A stretch of DNA of 42,482 nt from Eubacteriales bacterium. Lineage in GTDB: Bacteria; Bacillota; Clostridia; Oscillospirales; CAG-272. The stretch lies in contig JBGVOJ010000198.1 of assembly GCA_045126415.1 (NCBI GenBank), forward strand, positions 1 to 42,482, given 5' to 3'. Position 1 is the first letter of the stretch. Each line of letters opens with the position of its first letter. The position numbers were made by a program, and so were the translations under genes. Shown here one piece after another: positions 36,299 through 42,482 of the stretch. The notes below the pieces were generated by a model that saw only the letters and a list, made by a program, of their open reading frames with translations, was not told the DNA's origin and ran no database searches.

Positions 36299-36877
36299 AT
36301 GGGACTTATGGATCGAATCAAGAAGGTAACCGGCACGAACGACTCTTACGATGATTCCTACGATGACGATTACTACCAGGGCTTCGATAACGGCTACGAC
36401 GAAGGCGGCATGGCACCGGAAGATGATGTTCAGGTTGCCGGCGGCATGAATATGGGTATGGGCAATACGCAGCAGATCAATCCTCAGCCGATGGGCGGGA
36501 TGAACATGAACGCACAGCCGGCACAGAACGGCCCCATCGGTTTTTCCGGTTCCAACATCAAGATGCAGGTCGTTCGTCCGAAGACCTACGACAGCGATAC
36601 CGCTTCTCAGATCGCAAATCACCTTCTCAACAAGTGCACCGTCGTTCTGAACCTTGAAAATTCCAACAAGGAAACCTCGAGAAGACTGATCGACTTCCTC
36701 TCCGGCGTTGCTTACTCCATCGGCGGCAACCTCAAGCGCATTGCTGTCAACGCATACGTGGTTACTCCCGCGAATGTTGATGTGGAAGATGCAAAGATCA
36801 AGGCTGCTCCCCGCCGTTCCGAACCCCAGCCCGAAGCAAAGGAAGCTGCAAGCGAAGATTTCTCCGATTTTAACTGA
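36299..36877 (+). CDS. sepF: Cell division protein SepF
   Basis: ATG 36299 with RBS ggagg. The C-terminal half VVRPKTYDSDTASQIANHLLNKCTVVLNLE..RLIDFLSGVAYSIGG is SepF-like. Confidence 0.9.
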   Translation: MGLMDRIKKVTGTNDSYDDSYDDDYYQGFDNGYDEGGMAPEDDVQVAGGMNMGMGNTQQINPQPMGGMNMNAQPAQNGPIGFSGSNIKMQVVRPKTYDSDTASQIANHLLNKCTVVLNLENSNKETSRRLIDFLSGVAYSIGGNLKRIAVNAYVVTPANVDVEDAKIKAAPRRSEPQPEAKEAASEDFSDFN

Positions 36878-37024
36878 GAACACTCGGGAACTATAGGGAT
36901 ACATAAGAATACACAAACGTAAACTGAAGCTGTACGGCGATCAGGTTTTGTTTGTGTACTCAAAAATGCGGTTTCGCGACAAACTAAGAAACCGCAGAGA
37001 CCCATTATCCACCGGAGGAAACAA

Positions 37025-37291
37025 TTGTATCAGTTTTTTTATGTGCTGACTGCCACAGTAAGTTATCTTATCACCGCGATCCAATTGCTGATGTTCGCGC
37101 GTGCGATTCTGAGCTGGCTGCCCATCGATGAAGACAATCCCATTGTGAACTTTCTTTATGCCGTGACGGAGCCGGTTATCATGCCGGTCCGCGCGGTGAT
37201 CGAACGCTTCGGATGGTTTGAAGGAATGCCGATCGATATGTCGTTCTTCATTACGTTCCTTCTTTTGTCGATCCTTGAAGTGATGCTTTGA
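37025..37291 (+). CDS. yggT: YggT-family membrane protein
   Basis: 88 aa, TTG start with RBS ggagga. LMFARAILSWLP..NPIVNFLYAVTEPVIMPVR. Confidence 0.85.
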   Translation: MYQFFYVLTATVSYLITAIQLLMFARAILSWLPIDEDNPIVNFLYAVTEPVIMPVRAVIERFGWFEGMPIDMSFFITFLLLSILEVML

Positions 37292-37316
37292 CCTTTTTGT
37301 ACTATCTGACCGAACT

Positions 37317-38156
37317 ATGACAAACAGCAATACGATGGTATCACGGGCAATGGACAGATTACGCGAATCGGAGTATGCCATTGCCGTGACCGATTTTATG
37401 ACCCCCGCGGAGATCGCGGAGGTTTACAGCAATTTAATTACCCGGAGCGGCGGCGGTATCGCCAGATGCTTTTTCTGGGGCGGATGCCGTGGAGCCGAAA
37501 GGTCTACCGCGGTTTTTTTGCCTGAGTGGTATCTTCCTGAGCCGGACGCACCCCGCCATGCTCTTCCGCTTGATACGGCGAGACGCGATGCGTTTGCTGC
37601 ACATCTGGCAGCGAATCCGGAGATCGCCGCCGAGATTCCGATCCGTGCGATCCGGATCCGGGGCAGCGGGTTCCGCGAACTGACGCACCGGGATTTTATG
37701 GGAGGGATTCTCTCCCTCGGCATTGAGCGCAGTACGATCGGCGATATTGCCGTGATTTCCGAGGCGGAGGCGCTGGTGTTTGCGCTCGACAAAATTGCAC
37801 CGTACATCGTTTCCGAACTGCACAAGATCGGAAGGGACGGCGTCCGCGCGGAGCTGTGCGAACTTCCGCCGGAGTACGAAATTCCCCGCCGGTACGAAAC
37901 GATGGAAATTGCCGTATCGTCCGCGCGGCTTGACGGCATTGTCCGTGCGCTGACGGGCAAATCCCGGGAAGCGGCGGCCGACATGATCCGGACCGGTCTT
38001 GTGGAACTGCGTTATCTCCCGACGGAGAACGTCTCTGCCGAAGTAAAAGACGGCGACATTTTATCCGTCCGAGGTTTCGGCAAATACGTGATCGGGGAAA
38101 CGGACGGTCAGACCCGGAGCGGTCGCATCAAAATCAAATGCCGGAAATACATCTGA
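37317..38156 (+). CDS. ylmH: YlmH-like S4-domain RNA-binding protein
   Basis: 279 aa. C-terminal S4-like ARLDGIVRALTGKSREAAADMIRTGLVELRY. Start is uncertain because the RBS is weak. Confidence 0.8.
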   Translation: MTNSNTMVSRAMDRLRESEYAIAVTDFMTPAEIAEVYSNLITRSGGGIARCFFWGGCRGAERSTAVFLPEWYLPEPDAPRHALPLDTARRDAFAAHLAANPEIAAEIPIRAIRIRGSGFRELTHRDFMGGILSLGIERSTIGDIAVISEAEALVFALDKIAPYIVSELHKIGRDGVRAELCELPPEYEIPRRYETMEIAVSSARLDGIVRALTGKSREAAADMIRTGLVELRYLPTENVSAEVKDGDILSVRGFGKYVIGETDGQTRSGRIKIKCRKYI

Positions 38157-38206
38157 TGATATAAAAATTTCTGTTTTTAATTTTTATGATTTTCATATGT
38201 GTATGT

Positions 38207-38262
38207 GAAAAGATTTTGGAAAAGGGTCTGGGGAAAACCTTTTCCTTAAAAAGGTTTTCCCC
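38207..38262 (-). repeat. Intergenic palindromic element, copy J (type 2)
   Basis: GAAAAGATTTTGGAAAAGGGTCT + GGGGAAAACCTTTT-CCTT-AAAAAGGTTTTCCCC. Ends 40 nt upstream of the divIVA start. Confidence 0.9.
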
Positions 38263-38302
38263 AGAAAACTTTATTTTATAAGGAATATTAAGGAGAACGA
38301 CC

Positions 38303-39871
38303 ATGCCGCATGATTTCAGAAACAAATCCTTTCAGAAGGTTCTTCGCGGATACGCACCGGATGAAGTGGAAGAGTATATTGCTTATTTGAATGAAGAATA
38401 CCGGAAACTCGAACAGCGGACGACGGACAGCGAACGCAAACTCGCACTCGCTCTGAAAAAACTGTACGAAAGCACCAAAAACGGCTCGACGAATTCCGTC
38501 GGACCGGCTGCACGGGAAGAGGCGGCGAAGCTCCTGCGGAAAGCGGAATCCGAAGCCTCCGGGATCGTCGCGAAGGCGGAAGAGCAGGCTGAGGAAAAGG
38601 CTCTGGAGATCGTGCATAAAGCGCAGGTACAGGCACAGGCTGTGGTCGTAAAAGCTGCACAGCAGGCGGAGTCCGGAGCCTCCGGGATTATCGCAAAGGC
38701 GGAACAGCAGGCTGGGGAAAAGGCCATGAATATCGTGCATAAAGCGCAGGTACAGGCGCAGGCTGTGGTCGTAAAAGCTGCACAGCAGGCGGAGGTCATT
38801 CTTGCGGGGGCGAGAGCAGAAGCAGCCGCACACCGTGATGAGGTGAAAAAAGCGCAGGATACCGCAAAGAGCATTTATGATGAGATCGGTTCGTTCCGCG
38901 ACCGTCTGTTTGCCCTGTACAACGAGCATCTGGACGCACTGGAAGGCGTGACCGATGTGGCTCAGGAATTTATGGAAGCGGTGGACGGTCAGACCGGCAC
39001 AGCTCTCGCGGAAGACATCCGGAAGCCGGAAGAAGAGGTGTCTGAATCTGAGAAAGAAATTCCGGAAATCGCGGAAGAAGAACTGCCGGAATCTGCAGAG
39101 GATGCACTTCTTCCTGAAAAGACGGAATGCGAAGATGCGGAAGAGCAGGAAATGAGCGGAGAACCGGACGATTCTGCCGAAGAAGCGGAAATGCCGGAAG
39201 AGGCTCCTGATGCCGATGAACTGGCAAGCAACCTGGCGTTCATGGACCGGCTTTTTGCCAATCTGCAGACTGCGGAAGAGACAGTCGGTGATGACCTGTA
39301 CATTGATATCCCCGAAGAGGAGGATTTTGATCTCTCGGAATATCAGGAAATGGATGAATCTGCGGATGTCGTGGAAGAAGCCCCGGAAGGGGATGACATG
39401 AAAATGGAAGATGAATTTCCCGCGTTCATGATCGACTGGAAGAATCGCAGTGCCGTTTCCGCACTGGAAGAAGAAGAGGCGTATGGAACGGACGAAGCGG
39501 ACGGAGAAACGGTGAGCGAGAGTGATGATTTCCGTTCCGCGGATGGTTTCGAGAAATTCGAAGAGGAAGTCAGCGATTTCGAGGAAGAGGTAACGGAAGA
39601 AAACTACGATGATTACAGCCCCGAAGAGCTTCCCGAAGAGGAAGAGACCGCGGACGAGGAATATGAAGAAACCGAAGAAGAGCAGGACGAGTACCACGAT
39701 ATGGACCAGATCTTCAACGAGGACAAGTCCAAGCGGGAAATGTCCCTGACCGACGAATTCAATATTATTTTTGATGATTCCAAGAGTAATCAGAATGTGA
39801 AGGAGATCAGCCGTCAGCCCATCCTTACGCCGGACAATCCCAAAAACGCAAAAAAGCATAAGAAATTTTAA
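38303..39871 (+). CDS. divIVA: DivIVA-domain protein with internal duplication and long acidic tail
   Basis: 522 aa. N-terminus FRNKSFQKVLRGYAPDEVEEYIAYLNEEYRKLE is the DivIVA domain. RBS aaggag. Confidence 0.9.
   Translation: MPHDFRNKSFQKVLRGYAPDEVEEYIAYLNEEYRKLEQRTTDSERKLALALKKLYESTKNGSTNSVGPAAREEAAKLLRKAESEASGIVAKAEEQAEEKALEIVHKAQVQAQAVVVKAAQQAESGASGIIAKAEQQAGEKAMNIVHKAQVQAQAVVVKAAQQAEVILAGARAEAAAHRDEVKKAQDTAKSIYDEIGSFRDRLFALYNEHLDALEGVTDVAQEFMEAVDGQTGTALAEDIRKPEEEVSESEKEIPEIAEEELPESAEDALLPEKTECEDAEEQEMSGEPDDSAEEAEMPEEAPDADELASNLAFMDRLFANLQTAEETVGDDLYIDIPEEEDFDLSEYQEMDESADVVEEAPEGDDMKMEDEFPAFMIDWKNRSAVSALEEEEAYGTDEADGETVSESDDFRSADGFEKFEEEVSDFEEEVTEENYDDYSPEELPEEEETADEEYEETEEEQDEYHDMDQIFNEDKSKREMSLTDEFNIIFDDSKSNQNVKEISRQPILTPDNPKNAKKHKKF
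38543..38788 (+). repeat. In-frame tandem duplication, 2 x 123 bp (41 aa)
   Basis: Copy 38543-38665 versus 38666-38788, about 12 mismatches by eye. Encodes AESxASGIxAKAExQAxEKAxxIVHKAQVQAQAVVVKAAQQ twice. Confidence 0.85.
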
Positions 39872-39886
39872 AGGACTGCACCATAC

Positions 39887-40399
39887 ATGATAATTACAGT
39901 TGTAATAATGATCCTGTGCGTGGTTCTCGATCAGGTGACAAAGCTCGCTGTCGCAGAGAAACTCGCGCCGATCGGTACGTACCCGCTGATTGAAGATGTT
40001 TTCCATTTTACGTATGTTGAAAACCGTGGGGCGGCGTTCGGTATGCTGGCGGATCACCGGTGGGTGTTCATGATTTTATCCACCGCCGCGATCCTTGTGA
40101 TGCTGGTCTGGCTGTTCTGGGAAAAGCCGAAGAGCTGGTGGATCCGCGTGGCGACGGCATTCGTGATCGCGGGCGGTATCGGCAACATGATCGACCGTGT
40201 ACGTCTCGGTTATGTTGTGGACTTTATCGACTGCCGGTTCATTGATTTCTATGTATTCAACGTGGCGGACTCGTTTGTCTGCATCGGCTGCGGCATGTTT
40301 CTCGTCGGCGCGGTTTACATGGAAATCATGGAGCAGAAAAAGAAGAAGGCCGGGGCGTCGGATGTAACGGAAAGCGGGGACGGCGGCTCCGATGAATGA
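39887..40399 (+). CDS. lspA: Signal peptidase II (lipoprotein signal peptidase)
   Basis: 170 aa. VENRGAAFG and FNVADSFVCIG motifs. Four TM helices. Confidence 0.9.
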   Translation: MIITVVIMILCVVLDQVTKLAVAEKLAPIGTYPLIEDVFHFTYVENRGAAFGMLADHRWVFMILSTAAILVMLVWLFWEKPKSWWIRVATAFVIAGGIGNMIDRVRLGYVVDFIDCRFIDFYVFNVADSFVCIGCGMFLVGAVYMEIMEQKKKKAGASDVTESGDGGSDE

Positions 40400-41357
40400 A
40401 AACGGGATGGAAATGGAAAAAAGCGCGGAGCTGGAAAATGTCACGTTTCTGACGGCGGCGCGGGACGGTGAGAGAATCGACTCGTACCTTTCGGCGGAAT
40501 GCGGGATATCCCGTTCGGCGGCGCAGCGTCTGATTGCGGACGGTGCCGTGACGGTGAACGGAAAGGTCTGTGCGAAAAATTACAAGACAAAGACCGGCGA
40601 CGCGGTCGAGATCACGTTCCCCGAAACGGAGGAATGCGACGCGAAGCCGGAGAATATCCCGCTCGATGTGGTATACGAAGACGGGGATATCATCATCGTG
40701 AACAAGCCGTGCGGGATGGTGGTGCATCCCTCGCCGGGACACGCGGACGGAACGCTCGTGAACGCGCTGATGTATCACTGCGGGGATTCGCTGTCGGGCA
40801 TCGGCGGGGTTCTGCGTCCGGGGATCGTCCACCGGATCGACCGCGATACGTCCGGTCTGATCTGCGCGGCGAAAAACGACGCGGCGCACCTGTCGCTGGC
40901 GGCACAGCTTGCCGATCACTCGATGCACCGTGAATACCGGATGATCGTCTGCGGAAATCTGAAGGAAGAATCCGGAACCGTGGACGCACCGATCGGGAGA
41001 CACCCGGTCGACCGGAAACGTATGGCGGTGGTGAAGGACGGCAAACATGCCGTGACACACTGGAAGGTACTCGAACGCTATCCGGGGTTCACGTATGCGG
41101 AAGCGGTTCTCGAAACGGGACGTACCCACCAGATCCGTGTGCATCTGTCACACATCGGTCACCCTCTCGCCGGAGACACGGTCTACGGCGGCGGACGGAG
41201 TCCGTTTGAGAAGCACAACGCATCTCTGCTCGACGGACAGGCTCTGCACGCAGTTGCGCTGATCCTGCGGCATCCCGTGACGGGAGACGCGATGCGGTTT
41301 GAGTCGCCCCTGCCGGACGGATTTGAGACGGTGCTTGACAAGCTGAGAAAATTATAA
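40392..41357 (+). CDS. rluD: RluA-family 23S rRNA pseudouridine synthase (RluD-like)
   Basis: 321 aa. N-terminal S4. HRIDRDTSGL catalytic motif. Overlaps the lspA stop by 8 nt. Confidence 0.9.
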   Translation: MNENGMEMEKSAELENVTFLTAARDGERIDSYLSAECGISRSAAQRLIADGAVTVNGKVCAKNYKTKTGDAVEITFPETEECDAKPENIPLDVVYEDGDIIIVNKPCGMVVHPSPGHADGTLVNALMYHCGDSLSGIGGVLRPGIVHRIDRDTSGLICAAKNDAAHLSLAAQLADHSMHREYRMIVCGNLKEESGTVDAPIGRHPVDRKRMAVVKDGKHAVTHWKVLERYPGFTYAEAVLETGRTHQIRVHLSHIGHPLAGDTVYGGGRSPFEKHNASLLDGQALHAVALILRHPVTGDAMRFESPLPDGFETVLDKLRKL

Positions 41358-41390
41358 AAATGACATGACTGCAAACAGGAGAGAGGCATT

Positions 41391-42482
41391 ATGCTGACCG
41401 AACAGGAAAGAGTCGCAATGATGAGCGATGAGCAGAGAGTTGCTTTTGCGAAGGCACTGAAGGCCGAAGACTACCGGCAGATTCCGGAATACTGGAACGG
41501 GTATCTTGAGGAAAAGATCCGGCAGATTCATGAAAAACAGACAGAAGGCGGCGTTCATGCTGCAAGTTTCGGTGTGATCGCGGATTTCCATTTCACTGTC
41601 AACTGTCTGCATTCTCCCGCGCTGATGGAAAAGATTCTCGCGGACTGCGGGATTCCTTACTTCTTTCTTGCCGGTGATTTTGTCTCCGGAATGGGGATGA
41701 TTACTCCCGAAGATCTGATCCGTGAGACGGTCTGCGTACGCAGGCTCTTTTCGAAAATTGAAAATAAGATGCTGCTGGCGCAGGGGAATCACGATCCGTC
41801 CTACTCCACCATTCCTGGTCACGGTTATGCCGAGTCTCTGACCTCCGCGCAGATTTATGAGTATATGTTCCGCTTCCAGACGCAGTATCCGAACCGTGTC
41901 TTTGGTGAGGACGGCACGTATTTCTATGCCGACGACTGTGCCCATAAGATGCGCTACATCGTTCTCAACTCGCACGATACGCCGAACGATGACGTGAAGC
42001 CCGACGGACTTCCTGTGTACAGCAAGATGAAATGTCTGGGATTCGGGCAGAAGCAGATCGAATGGTTTGCGAATGAGGCTCTGAAGGTTCCGTCTGCCGA
42101 CTCCGGCACGGATGTCGCCTGGACGGTGGTCCTGTGTACGCATGAGAGCGTTTCCGGAGACGAGGAGTATTTCAATAAGGATCTCGTTCTTGGAATCATT
42201 GACGCGTTCCGGAAGCACACGCGCTACGAGGGTTCCAGTGACTGCACCGATCCTGCTTACAATGCGTCCGTTTGCGCCGACTTTACCGGCGGCGGAGGGG
42301 ATTTTGCGGTCTGGGTCGGCGGTCACACGCACCGTGACATGGAGCAGAACGCGGACGGTATTCTGCTTCTGACCACCGCTTCCGACAGCTTCAACGACAT
42401 CGGCAGTACCGACGAACAGTGTTTTGACATTTTTACGGTAGACAAGACTGCACACACCATTTACGCCACCCGTATCGGACGC
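41391..42482 (+). CDS. Calcineurin-like metallophosphoesterase, 3'-partial (runs off window)
   Basis: Not in the ORF track because there is no stop before the window end. My own translation from ATG 41391 (RBS aggagagagg) gives FGVIADFHF, LAGDFVSG, QGNHDP and GGHTHRD motifs. Confidence 0.75.
   Translation, partial: MLTEQERVAMMSDEQRVAFAKALKAEDYRQIPEYWNGYLEEKIRQIHEKQTEGGVHAASFGVIADFHFTVNCLHSPALMEKILADCGIPYFFLAGDFVSGMGMITPEDLIRETVCVRRLFSKIENKMLLAQGNHDPSYSTIPGHGYAESLTSAQIYEYMFRFQTQYPNRVFGEDGTYFYADDCAHKMRYIVLNSHDTPNDDVKPDGLPVYSKMKCLGFGQKQIEWFANEALKVPSADSGTDVAWTVVLCTHESVSGDEEYFNKDLVLGIIDAFRKHTRYEGSSDCTDPAYNASVCADFTGGGGDFAVWVGGHTHRDMEQNADGILLLTTASDSFNDIGSTDEQCFDIFTVDKTAHTIYATRIGR

Noticed and set aside
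4179-38262. Possibility that the repeated palindromes form a CRISPR array.
   Set aside because: Copies are kilobases apart, occur in both orientations, are separated by ordinary genes, and no cas genes are present. This is a dispersed repeat, not an array.
41352-42455. 367-aa minus-strand ORF at the right edge, the only ORF the track lists there.
   Set aside because: The plus strand from ATG 41391 (good RBS) translates without a stop to the window end. It carries GDxxxG, GNHD and GHTHRD metallophosphoesterase motifs. It is absent from the track only because it has no stop in the window.

Overview
This is a 42.5-kb chromosomal segment from a moderately GC-rich Bacillota genome. It looks Clostridia-like from its gene content and order: yggS-sepF-yggT-ylmH-divIVA-lspA-rluD, rbfA-nrnA-truB, and a yhaO/yhaN-like pair. 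I call 38 CDS (two cut by the window edges) plus one ribulokinase gene interrupted by an in-frame TAG. I found no rRNA, tRNA, CRISPR array, transposase or integrase. The left and middle parts carry carbohydrate and carbon metabolism genes: an aldolase/SDR fusion, a Zn-dehydrogenase, the araB remnant, an orphan sugar-binding lipoprotein, fucI, fba and glpK. These are interleaved with many regulators: two XRE, a BlaI/BlaR1-like pair, LysR, a MerR/TipA-like protein and a sigma-70/ECF-like fusion. An aph(3')-like kinase and two clearly AT-rich islands (about 17.0-18.8 kb and 22.56-23.4 kb) also sit here. The right part is conserved housekeeping and late cell-division genes. The strongest signal not explained by genes is a family of 55-60-nt intergenic palindromic elements, one copy enlarged to 99 nt. 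It has 10 full copies, about one per 4 kb. Each copy is a GGGGAAAAC-T6/A6-GTTTTCCCC hairpin with a one-sided CCCCTTTCAAAAAACTT tail. The family splits into two sub-families with compensated stem changes, and one copy carries two extra nested hairpins. Placement is non-random: copies lie 8-16 nt after stop codons or inside 5' leaders. I do not recognise it as a described repeat family. Secondary leads are listed here.
- The araB amber codon, combined with zero TAG terminators among 38 gene ends.
- An XRE-controlled two-gene membrane module of unknown function in an AT-rich island abutting aph(3').
- A sigma factor fused to a roughly 370-aa cytoplasmic extension.
- A MerR/TipA-like island with a textbook 19-bp-spacer promoter.
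All functional calls come from motif and family recognition by eye. No database search was run.
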